Shown here: piece after piece, positions 23,895 through 34,501 of the stretch
How positions within the stretch are numbered: the first letter of the stretch is position 1
How the letters are laid out: the number at the start of each line of letters is the position of its first letter
Assembly (NCBI GenBank): GCA_010093995.1
Contig: ML992507.1
Coordinates: 140,781 to 204,780 of the forward strand
Direction: 5' to 3'
DNA from: Elsinoe ampelina
Lineage: Eukaryota
Length of the DNA stretch: 64,000 nt
Position numbers and translations under genes: made by a program
The notes under the pieces: generated by a model
What the model saw: only the letters and a program-made list of their open reading frames with translations
Database searches by the model: none
What the model was told of the DNA's origin: nothing

Positions 23895-24836
23895 GGCAGC
23901 CTTCGAAGATCGCCGTTCAGGGTTTCGCATGGATACATGAGATCGGACTTGAGCTTCATGACAAAGTCACTGGATGGACTGGGCCTCAAGTGTGTCTCAA
24001 GAATCGGGCCAATGCCCCGGTCAGTGTCTCTTAAACGGTCGCGCGATACCATTTTCAGAAGTTCAAGTCATTAGTCACTACAGACATGCCAACATTAGGG
24101 CAGACAGTGTACTTTGTAGAACAGTTGGTGCCTGGAGGGGCCTGATTTCAATTCAAGCTCTCCAGGTATGGTCTTTGGTCTTTTGGGACTTCCTGATGCC
24201 ATCGCACCAAATTGAGCATCAATTATGTACAATTTCCGACCATCAAGGTTTCCCGGCAGTCAGTCTCCCGTCCGCGCCGTCCAGGCCGCCCGCGCCGCAC
24301 CAGAAAATTCCCCACGCCGGGACCAGCTCCGGTCTCCACCACCCACGAACGCTATCACGACCCGCCGTTTTTCGACACTTTGACCCTCGCTTGCTCTGAC
24401 TCGTCACACAACCTCCAGTCCGTCGTTCAGCTTTCTGCATCATTCTTGACCGGATCATGCAGGTTTCCTCGATCATGGTCCCAGTATCGGCCCCAGCTCG
24501 AGACAATCTGCAGCGACCGGTCGACGCTATCCCTGCCTTTCTCGCTTGACTACTGACTTGGCCTGCATGGCATGTGTTGCTTCGCATGTTGGCAGTGGAT
24601 TAATCGACGTCAACTCCGGCCTGGTGTCAGTGTCCATCATCGATAGTCCCAAAGCTGAGGGCAGCACGACTGCGCCGCTTGACAAACGAGGTATGTATCT
24701 TGCAGCCCCGTTTAGCTGGAGTGTCAAACGGGTAGTCGTCGCGTTTGTATTTTCTGAGCGAGCGCCCTCTGCTACCCGTCTTCATCTGTTCCTCCGACTT
24801 TCGTTTTATTGTCAAGCATAACTCACCGGTGATACC

Positions 24837-26141
24837 ATGTCTACCCTCAAGGACTACAGCGATAACATCGCCAGCTCTGTCCAGGTCGTGGAAAAGTACC
24901 TGGCGGAGAAGAACCTACCGCAACCTTCCTACGATGTCACCAGTCCAAAGGAATTCCCAGCAGATGCTCCCCCTGAGGTCCAGCAAGCTCGTATCAAGAT
25001 CATCGAGCAGGCCCGCGAGCTGTACCAGCTTGCTCAGTATCCCAATGAATCTGCTGTCACGTTTCTCGAATATGGCATGATGGAGGCTGGCTGTCTCCGC
25101 GCCCTACACGAGCTCGGAGTCTTCGCCGCTATCCCTCAAGAGCCGGGCAGTTCTATATCCCTCACCGAACTTGCAAAGGCCACGAAGCTGGAGAACCTGA
25201 TCGGCCCGCTGGACCGTATGGTAGGGCGCCTGCGAGTCTCCGGCATCCTCCGTGAACCCACCCCTGGCCACGTCGCCCACACGTCCATCTCCATCAACTA
25301 CGCCGCGGGCCAGCCCTTCAACAGCGAGATCGGCTGGTTCACCTCCATCGGCCTCAAATCCATGGCCCTCATGTCCGACCAAATGCAAGCCTTCCGCGAC
25401 ACGGTGCCCCTCCGATCCAACTCAGCCTTCAACCTCGCCTTCAACACCCCTCTCCACTTCATGGAATGGATGACCCACCACCCCATCCGCGAAAAACAAT
25501 TCTGCGACGTCATGGACTCCTTCTTCCGCACCCCTCCCTTCTCCATGCGGCACATCGTCGCCGCCTACCCGTGGTCCACGCTCGGCCCCTCCCACCTCGT
25601 CGACGTAGGCGGCAACGCCGGCCTCGTCAGCATCGAACTCGCCAAAGCCGCGCCCCAAATGCGCTTCACGGTGCAAGACCAACCGGGCCCCGTGGCGCTG
25701 GGCGAATCCACCCTCCCCGCCGAGTTCGCCGACCGCATCACCTTCCAAACCCACGACTTCTTCACGCCCAACCCGCAATCGGCGCCCGACTTCTTCCTCC
25801 TCCGGCACATCCTCCACGACTGGCCCGACGCCGAGGCGGGGAAGATCGTGAAGCACATCGCGGCGCGGATGGGCCCGCACACGAAGCTGTTGATCTATGA
25901 CAGTGTGCATCAGAAGTTGAGCAGGGAGTACTACCAAGCGGCGCCGATTTCGAATTTGGACATTGTGATGCTGGGGGTGTTCAATGGGTTGGAGAGGACG
26001 GTGGAGCAGTGGGGACGGTTGTTCAGGGGGGTCGATGAGAGGTTGAGGGTCGAGGAGACGATTAGCCCGCCGGGGAGTGCGGCGAGTTTGTTGGTCGTGG
26101 GCTTGGGGGAGGGGAGGAGGGATAGTCCGAAGGAGGCGTGA
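24837..26141 (+). CDS. SAM-dependent O-methyltransferase (fungal secondary-metabolism type)
   Basis: LVDVGGNAG, FTVQD, THDFF, RHILHDWPD, GLERT; intronless, 434 aa. Confidence 0.92.
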   Translation: MSTLKDYSDNIASSVQVVEKYLAEKNLPQPSYDVTSPKEFPADAPPEVQQARIKIIEQARELYQLAQYPNESAVTFLEYGMMEAGCLRALHELGVFAAIPQEPGSSISLTELAKATKLENLIGPLDRMVGRLRVSGILREPTPGHVAHTSISINYAAGQPFNSEIGWFTSIGLKSMALMSDQMQAFRDTVPLRSNSAFNLAFNTPLHFMEWMTHHPIREKQFCDVMDSFFRTPPFSMRHIVAAYPWSTLGPSHLVDVGGNAGLVSIELAKAAPQMRFTVQDQPGPVALGESTLPAEFADRITFQTHDFFTPNPQSAPDFFLLRHILHDWPDAEAGKIVKHIAARMGPHTKLLIYDSVHQKLSREYYQAAPISNLDIVMLGVFNGLERTVEQWGRLFRGVDERLRVEETISPPGSAASLLVVGLGEGRRDSPKEA

Positions 26142-26153
26142 GGTCGGTTGGGG

Positions 26154-26205
26154 TGGATATCTGGCAAGATGGGAGCTGTTGGATATCTGGCAAGATGGGA
26201 GCTGT
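26154..26205 (+). repeat. Perfect 26-bp tandem duplication just after the O-methyltransferase stop
   Basis: TGGATATCTGGCAAGATGGGAGCTGT x2. Confidence 0.9.
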
Positions 26206-26902
26206 GTAGACGATATTCACATCTGAGAGAGTGACCAAGTGTCGTCTTCATGGGGAAATTATCCCTTGTCTTGAGCTTTTGCAGTGCTGGTCCGGCGGGA
26301 TGTGCCTGTCGTGAAGCGTAAGAACAAGCTGCGTGATGTCCAATCTGTCGGGCGACTCTACAACGCGACTCCAAATGATCAGCTTAGTATAGCGTTTGGT
26401 AGACTGTACGGAGACCGCGCGATGGGTCGGAGGGGGCGTGGACGTGAGAAAGCGTGGAGTGCCCATTTTCGAACTCTGACAGTGCTGGTCCGGAGCAGGC
26501 CCGAGCGTGCTGTTATGTCCCATTGTCATGGGTTTACCCTCAGGATCGATCACTCGTGGCCAGAAATCGGAGTCGAAGAAGAGGTCTCCAACTGCTAGTA
26601 AGTCATTTCGCACGGTGACACTGATGACAGGGTCGGGGTCTTCGCAACCCTGCACGCATGCATCCCTCGGCTCTCGGCGCCGAGGTGGGCGCGTACTCAA
26701 GCAGCTATGCGACCACGCCATGTGGATCGTTTCGTGTCAAGCTGTTTTGGGATTGGTAATAGGCAACTCGCAGCAGCCCCTTCTCAAGCAGCATCCCATG
26801 CTAGTTCCTACCAATGCAACGGCTCTTGCTTGGTCCCGTGTGGTAAAGCATGTGCATGTCAGACTGTATGGCTTCACGTCACTGACGTGAAACCCGTTCT
26901 CC

Positions 26903-28878
26903 TCAAGATTTTCCGCGATCTTCCTTGAGACTGACAACCTGGTTCAGGACTGGTTCCTCCAGTGTAGAACCTTTGTCAACACAGAAGTATCCCACTCGCG
27001 TTGCCTGAAAGCGTACGCACTCGGGTTGCACTGCAGACAATGTCTTCTCTGGTTCTCCAGCAGCTTTAGGCCACGGGGCAGAGCGCCAAATCTCCTCGAA
27101 CCCGGTCTCGACCATTGCGTCCGGGTACATCCGCAGCGATTCTGGATTCAAAGAGGGGCTCTTCGGATCACTGCCCGCGGCAGCAGGCAGCAGCAGTGGT
27201 GCAAAGACCTTTGCGGTGGCTCTCCGAGGACTGTGATGCGCCGGAGAGTCCGCAATCCACTGAATATAACTGAGAGAATGTCAGCGTGGCCTGACAATAT
27301 GCCTTGCGAGTAATGATACCTCTTCGGTTTTTTGAAAGACGCACCGTCCTGGGGTCTTTCATATTTTGCGTACACGGTTTTGATCGCCCCGGAAGTTTCA
27401 TCTTTGTCGAAAGATGTTGCAGTGATGGGAAAGGGTACTTTGAGCAATCCCACAGGTTTTCCGGGCGCTAGTCTGAAGAAGTCTTTGGAGGCGACCTCTC
27501 GGAAATCACTCCGGTCGATGTAGACTTTGTTGGTAAATGGGACTTTGTGTGTCTGCACGAGTGTGTCAATTAAACAGTGATATTGTAGAACAATGCTTGG
27601 AACCTACTCCGAAAGCAGGGTCCTTCCCAAAAGGCACTTCAATCATTTCCAAGTAGTCTTCCGGCAGGTCTTCGATGACCACCGCAATGGGATCCAGTAT
27701 CATCATCAGACGTGGGACGGTAAGCTCGAGGTACCGGCGGGCTGTCTGTTCGAAACGGTGGGTCTCAATGGTGGCAGAAGCTTTCGTTACCCCCAGCTCA
27801 TTCACAAAAGCCAGGATCGCCCCCGGAGGAATACCTCGACGGCGGAGAGCAATGAGAGTGTAGAGTCTAGGGTCATCCCAATCACTCACATGGCCGTTCT
27901 TGATGAGGTCGGCTATCTTGCGCTTCGACATGACAGTACCGGTGATGTTGAGTCTGCCATACCTAAAGTGATTTAGTGTTGTCCATGATCGCGATTGAGG
28001 CGAACGTACTCCCTTTGCATCGGCTTGTACACTTCAAGCTTGTCGCAGAGCCACTCGTAGGAGATGCGAGATAGCTCAAACTCTGTCGTGCAGAGCGAGT
28101 GCGTGATGCTCTCAAAGCTATCGCACAGGCAGTGCGTGAAGTCATATGTGGGATAAATCTTCCATTTGGATCCTGTTCGAAAGTGCGGCGGAGCGGCATC
28201 TAGCACTCTGTATGCAGCAAGATCCCACATTTGTGGATTGTTGCTTCCGAGATCCTGCTTCATCCTCAGGACGGCCTGACTAGCTGTGTATTTGCCGTCT
28301 CTCATGGCTCGGAGCTCGGCGACGGACTCATTGACGGGTCTATCTCTGTGAGCGCATGCGTATCGAGGCCCGCCGAACTTGTCTTGCTCGATGATGTAGC
28401 CCCGCTGCTTTTTAATTTCGGTGGCTGCGATAGTCAGCTCGTCATCTCGGAATCACCCATCGACGAGGGGAATCAAGGGCGACATACCACTACAGTGACA
28501 AACGTAAGCACCATCACGGAGGATGAGTTCCTCAGCAAGCTCGTATAGGCGATCGAACTTGTCACTTGAGTATGTGATCCTCGCAGGAGTGAACCCGAGC
28601 CAGCTAATAATGTCGCGGATGGCGGTAAAATACCTTTCTTCCTCAGCCGCTGGGTTGGTGTCATCGAAGCGCAATATGCATTGTCCCCCATGAGATTTGG
28701 CAAAGCCAAAGTTGATGGCAATGGCTTTGCTATGGCCCAGGTGCAAGAAGCCATTTGGCTCGGGTGGAAAACGTGTGGTCACGCTACTGGTTCCATCTGT
28801 TTCAGCAGGTCTTTCACGATAGACCTCGGCCAAGAATCCCTCGCGAAACATGGGAAGAGACTCATCCATACTGGTCAT
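26903..28878 (-). CDS. GLN4: Glutaminyl-tRNA synthetase
   Basis: [60 protein letters not shown]; four GT-AG introns restore one frame; start codon uncertain. Confidence 0.92.
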
Positions 28879-29337
28879 GTCTGGCAGGTCGTTGCGTGCC
28901 GGGAAAGCAGAAGTCTGTACAGAGATATCTTTTGTGACTGTATTTATTGCGCAGTGCTGAACCTGTGGCAGGAAGGTTTAACCGAGCTCTCTCGTCAACC
29001 TGGAGCCGTGGCAGCTTCTCTCATCATCATCAACGCACGAGAGCATGCCCATCTCATAAAATTGTCAGACTGAAAATTGTGAGTCGAGTCACTACATCAT
29101 CGTTGAATATGTTTGCACCTGCTTCACACTCGATTTGCATGATGAATGATCGAAGGCCGCAAGAGCAGACCGTACTTCTGTGCCTGAAAGGCGGCAGCGG
29201 GGCTGCGATGTGACGTACCTGGTCACGCCCGCTGGGGCTCTGATCATTTAGAACTCGCATGCCACATCCCGTCTCTTTCTTCAACGATAAACCGTTCTGA
29301 TCATTATCACCAGGTGCAAGCTTGGAATTCGTACGAC

Positions 29338-29743
29338 ATGCCTGCAATCAACGTATGAGGCCCGAGTGCTCATTGACGCATGAGCTGACAAGGCAGGTTT
29401 CCCTCAAAGACGGCGCCAGTGTGGAGGAGCTCGACAAGTAAGTGCTGCTTAAACAACGACAGCCGCCAATCGAGCCTGACATGTGCAGGGCGAAGAAGCA
29501 GGTCACCGATCAGGGCGGAAAGATTGTCAACGAGTTCAAGCTGATCAAGGGATTCACGCAAGGCAAACATTGCTCTTCGTGCTATCTTCCCGCTGACCTG
29601 CCACAGCGCCGAGTTCCCCGCTGACAAGGTCCACACTCTCAAGACCAATGAAGTGAGCTTATTTCTGTCTCTGGATTGAAGAAGCAAACTGATGGTGCCA
29701 GCACCTCGACGTCGAGGCCGACTCGGAAGTCAAGACACAGTAG
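29338..29743 (+). CDS. Small serine-protease inhibitor I9 family (IB2/POIA-like), 70 aa, 5 exons
   Basis: Exons 29338-29352, 29397-29437, 29489-29557, 29607-29652, 29702-29743 give MPAINVSLKDGASVEELDKAKKQVTDQGGKIVNEFKLIKGFTAEFPADKVHTLKTNEHLDVEADSEVKTQ; third intron is GC-AG. Confidence 0.88.
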
Positions 29744-30053
29744 AAGGATGATCCAAACGGATTGGATGCGACAGATTCTCGACTGGCCGGTTAGGGATAG
29801 AGGGCAGGAATCGTCTTACTCAGCTTCCATAGACCAGACTTGAAGGACGAAAGTTACCGAGAGGTTCAATACGTCCGAGTGTGCATGTGAAGGTAATATA
29901 AGCAACCGTGTTTGCTCAAGGCCATGGATGAATGGTGGCTTGATCGGCTGAGCTGAACATCTGTGACCCTGAACCCGCACTTCCCTCTCGGCGCTCTTCT
30001 TCCTTACTTTCAATACCACCGAGTGCTCATTGTCTCGACGAAAATGCTGAGAC

Positions 30054-31474
30054 ATGCGCCGCTCGATTATCGGTCTTCAAAGACGACATGCTATTCATAA
30101 ATCATTCCACTGCTCCGCCGCCCGCAGACAGTCGCCCTCGTTAGAAACTCGAAAGGTCACGGATGGGGACATTGCGAGGCTCGCTGCGAAGCCATTGCAC
30201 CCATTGGCCTTGCGCGACCTAGTCAAGTACGAAATTACCAGAGGCTTCAATATGTCTGCTCTCCTTACTGACGGCACACCAGACATGGCAGGCCACCGCT
30301 CACGACTCCGCAGCTGTTGAATTCTGCCAACTTCACCCTCTCCATCTTACCGTCGCGACTGGCGCATCGAATACAATCACTCCGGAACCTTCCCTATATA
30401 GTGGTAGCCAATCCTCATGTGTCCAAGATTCACAACAACTATGTACACTCACTGTCTACATTACTGCCGTATGCGGAGAGGAAGATTGAGTCATTGGAAG
30501 AGGAGGTACAGTTCACAGGAGTCATGGCGGATCTGGTCCAAACACACTCGAACACCATATCCATACTTGCTAGAGGCTTTCTGGAGGCGAGGAAATATAT
30601 TAGCCCACAGGAGGTCACCAAATTTCTGGACGAGCATCTTCGGGCACGCATTGGGACGCGCTTGATCGCAGAACAGCATATTGCACTGCATTTGTCGTCC
30701 AAGCCGCACTCTGAGCTCAGCGATGATGATAGCCACACCAACTGCTCGTCCTACATTGGTGTTATCGACACAGCACTCCGACCTTCAGATGTCATTCGGC
30801 AGTGTGAGAACACGGTGGGAGAGATCTGCGAGCTAAAATACGGAGTCCGCCCTACCATCACTATTGACGGCGTACCGGACACGACCTTTGCTCATATACC
30901 AATGCATCTCGAGTACATTATGACGGAGTTGTTGAAGAACAGCTTCAGAGCTACCATTGAGAATAGTGCTGAGCGGACGCCCATTCAGATTACTGTCGCC
31001 CCAGCGCCAGGAGATCAAGCGACCAATGAAGCTGGAGTAAGCAGTACAGCGCAAGGATGGGCAGACAGGGCATCAGGATCGAATGGCCCGGCAGTAAGTG
31101 CGTCGTCAAACATCATGCCACTTGAGACGAGCACACCAGGCATTACCATCAGGATCAGGGACAGAGGTGGAGGGATATCACCAGAGAACTACAGCAAGCT
31201 CTGGAACTACGGCTTCACGACATTCAATGAGGATCAGATTCTGGAGACCATCGCTGCTAATAATGGTGGTGGAGGTGGCGGTAACGTCGACGCCCTCAAC
31301 GCCATCTCTGGCATCGGCGGTGGCGGCGGCAGCAGCTTAGCAGGACTTGGCTACGGATTGCCCTTGGGAAGAGCATATGCAGAATATTTCGGCGGTGGCA
31401 TCGCTGTACAAAGCTTGCTGGGATGGGGAACGGACGTCTACCTCAGCTTGAGAGGCGTGGGCAAGATATCATGA
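30054..31474 (+). CDS. Mitochondrial alpha-ketoacid dehydrogenase kinase (PDK/BCKDK family)
   Basis: Arg-rich presequence; RLAHRIQSLRNLP, RARIGTRLIAEQH, ELLKNSFRA, IRDRGGGI, GLGYGLPL; intron ~30227-30281. Confidence 0.92.
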
Positions 31475-32207
31475 CAGCTTCAAATCCAGTAGTACGACTG
31501 ATGAGAAATCCAATCATTCATCCAAGGCATGTCAGTTCCGACCGTTCTGAAGGATCTGCGAATGACCTATGTATGGGCTCGTGCAGCTGTCCGAGCGCTT
31601 CCGGTTTGAGAGAAAAGAGTGGTCTTCACCGTTGGAACTTGCATGAGGCAAAAAGTCCCTGCACCGAGCACGGGCGGTCGCGCGAGAGCACGTGACGTCA
31701 ATTAAGCATTGCAGTCCTCTACTGTCCGAAGTGCAGGGAGGATATGGAGTGATTAAATATACAGAGACTGTGCATGATGTGTGCCATGTCTCCAAATCAA
31801 GAGGTGACAGTCTAGTGGTCCCTAACCGCCAGTGCAAGATCGTGAATGCGAGTCAAAGATGCTCGAGGCGTTTGCGACGCGGCTTTTGGAGATGCAACCA
31901 TTTCGAGCGTTGAATTCAATACCTGCTGGCCTCGCCTTTTCTTTCAATTTGCCTAACCCGGAGCAAGGACAAGTGAACTTCACGAAGCAACATACGACCG
32001 CGACTGCTTCTGTCCGATTTGTGTATACACCTTGTCCGTCGCGTGGCAAGTCAAGTCACGCTGCCCTGCCTGCTCGAGCGGCCGGCCACTGCGTCATTTG
32101 GCGTGGGTGCGGTGAAGTGGGGAACGCCCCAATCCAACCTTGAACTCATACGCGTTCACGCCTCCGACTTGGACAACTCGCACAATCAATCCAAGGTCAC
32201 ATCCGAC

Positions 32208-33533
32208 ATGACCTTGAACGACATGGCTACATTCAGATCCTACCCTCATAACGCATCCGGTTCGCAAGAATCTCTAGCGTCGTACACCAGCGGGACCGCT
32301 CTCGCCAATTCGAGTAACGCTTCGCAGGCCACCGCCGATACCGACGTGACCTCACCTCTCCAGACGGATAACAATTCACAAAACAAAACGTCCGACGCGA
32401 TGTTACAGAAAATGCATGCGATGCCACAGACACAAGCAGATCAAGCAAAGAGCAAGGGTAGACTCCGAACACCAGAGAATCAGGCCGACGCGTCTCGAGA
32501 TCCCAGCACCAACACGAGCCCAATGTCATTGAGCACCCCGCTCACCGGGCATAAGAGAATGGCGAGCGGAGAGATTAAGAGAAGAGAGGCGAACGTATAC
32601 ACAAGTCCAGCCCACGCGTCGAGAGGCAGCACGGCTAGGGCAGGCAGTGTTGGGTCCGCGGGGACAAAAGCCAGCGAGGTACGTGATCAGCCTCCTGCGA
32701 CAGACATTGATGCGAATCTGACTCCTTTCCAGGTCGCAGGAACCCTCAAGGAGAGACTGACCTACGCAATGACCAAGGTTCAGCATGGGTGGGAGCACCA
32801 CAACATTGACCAAGTCGAAAGACTCGCTGCAGCGGCTGCTATTTCACCTCGGACTGTGATCTCGCCTCGCCAATATGGTCGTGGTATTCATGCATCTCCA
32901 AGAGCTGCTGGCTTTCCGGCTCGTATTCTGACAGAACAAATATCTCATCATTCAGCACCATACCACGATGGGCAGATCAAAAGCGCCCCTTTGATGCGGC
33001 CGAGAGATGATAGGGCTTCGTCAGACGAGTCAATGTCTCCCCCTACAAAACGGAGGATCGGCCACGATTCAGTTGTGTCCCCGATGGGTCGAACTGCTCT
33101 GGCGCCTGCAGCAGACCTACCAGTACCCGCATCTCCCCACCGACAGCATGCTCGGCATGGTTCACAAGGCCAGAACATTCCTTCTTCGCCTTCTCAGCGT
33201 GTCCCGACAACGCCGAAATCACACCGGCCAGCGACCATTCGGACCCAGACCCAGACCAAAGCTGCCGAACAAGAAGCCATGGATGCGTTGCTACTCATGG
33301 GAAGTCCAAGCAACGGCGCCTTCCCTCGAGGCAGTCAGCAATCGTCCGCGGCCCAAAGCCCTAATCGTCGAAACGTTGCTCCCTCGGTTCCGCGTCAAGC
33401 TCTACAGTACCGCAGCGAGAGCAATGATAGCATAACCAGTGGGAGCAGTTTGGGACCGAGAGACCCGCACCGGATGGCGGATATTATGCGGCAGCGAGGT
33501 GCTATGCTCGATCAGATCGAGGCAGAATCATGA
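32208..33533 (+). CDS. Whi5/Nrm1-family G1/S transcription repressor
   Basis: GTB motif LKERLTYAMTKVQHGWEHHNIDQVE; many SP/TP sites; EQEAMDALLLMGSP; in-frame intron ~32679-32732; start uncertain. Confidence 0.8.
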   Translation: MTLNDMATFRSYPHNASGSQESLASYTSGTALANSSNASQATADTDVTSPLQTDNNSQNKTSDAMLQKMHAMPQTQADQAKSKGRLRTPENQADASRDPSTNTSPMSLSTPLTGHKRMASGEIKRREANVYTSPAHASRGSTARAGSVGSAGTKASEVRDQPPATDIDANLTPFQVAGTLKERLTYAMTKVQHGWEHHNIDQVERLAAAAAISPRTVISPRQYGRGIHASPRAAGFPARILTEQISHHSAPYHDGQIKSAPLMRPRDDRASSDESMSPPTKRRIGHDSVVSPMGRTALAPAADLPVPASPHRQHARHGSQGQNIPSSPSQRVPTTPKSHRPATIRTQTQTKAAEQEAMDALLLMGSPSNGAFPRGSQQSSAAQSPNRRNVAPSVPRQALQYRSESNDSITSGSSLGPRDPHRMADIMRQRGAMLDQIEAES

Positions 33534-34501
33534 CCGACGGGCTCACCCCAGGAGCCTACCCGGGCTCCGGGAGTTTCTCGACATGTGCTGGACCAGATGG
33601 CGTTTGGATTGTGATACCCCTTTGTTGCATTCAGCTAGGCGATTGATGTCCATTTGGTTGTCGAGCCTACTAGCTTCCCTCCCGCATATTCGACATTCGA
33701 ACAGATCGGAGACGGACCTTTTTTACAACGACAGATTTGATTACGAAGATTCAGACTATAACAATGTAAAAAAATCTGAAAAGATCCACCTCGGTTCCCA
33801 TCCCTTGCCTGTGCGTGCCAAGCCCGTGCTCCGACTTCACCTCCTTCGAGTCCAATATTATCGTCCAAGGGTTCTACCACTCTGAAATTGTGACTACCAT
33901 GCAACTATTCGGAGATTTCATCTGCCGCTTGCTGAAACACGTTCCAAAGATATCTGAAGCAGAGACTTGCACAACAAAGACGAGCCGCCACCTCGCACAT
34001 TTTTGGAACGAGCACATGTGCCCAATCATCAGTCAGTAGCACAAGACCGCACAACCGCGCCTCCGCGACCGGACACTCAAAGATGTGCTGTTCGAACACA
34101 ATCAGAGGTGTCAAGCGCTGCCAGAGTGAACACAGAAGCTACCGCCACGTGCTTTTGCGGCCCAAGTGCAATGTGAAATTTTTCGGCAGTGTTTGGCGGC
34201 ACGCCCGGAAGGTAGGTTGATCTATCTTTGGACCTAACTGTTTATACCATTCGAATACGTGATGAGTATATAAGCAGCTCATCTTGCCGTGAGGTGTGAT
34301 GCGTCTGAATCATCAATATCGTCAAGAGCGCCAGTGTAGTCCAGTACTACTAGACCTGTAATAGAGCATCTTATACACTAGAAGCATAAGAACATAGGGA
34401 CTATTCACCGCTCCCTCAATGATAACCTAGATTACACACGCAGACCACTGGCCTTGCCGAAGACCGACTGCCTAGCCACACTTTCAACAAGAGGGGTCGA
34501 A

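Noticed and set aside
31989..32010. ACATACGACC resembling a 5S rRNA 5' end
   Set aside because: Similarity does not extend further; no RNA gene was recognised in the window
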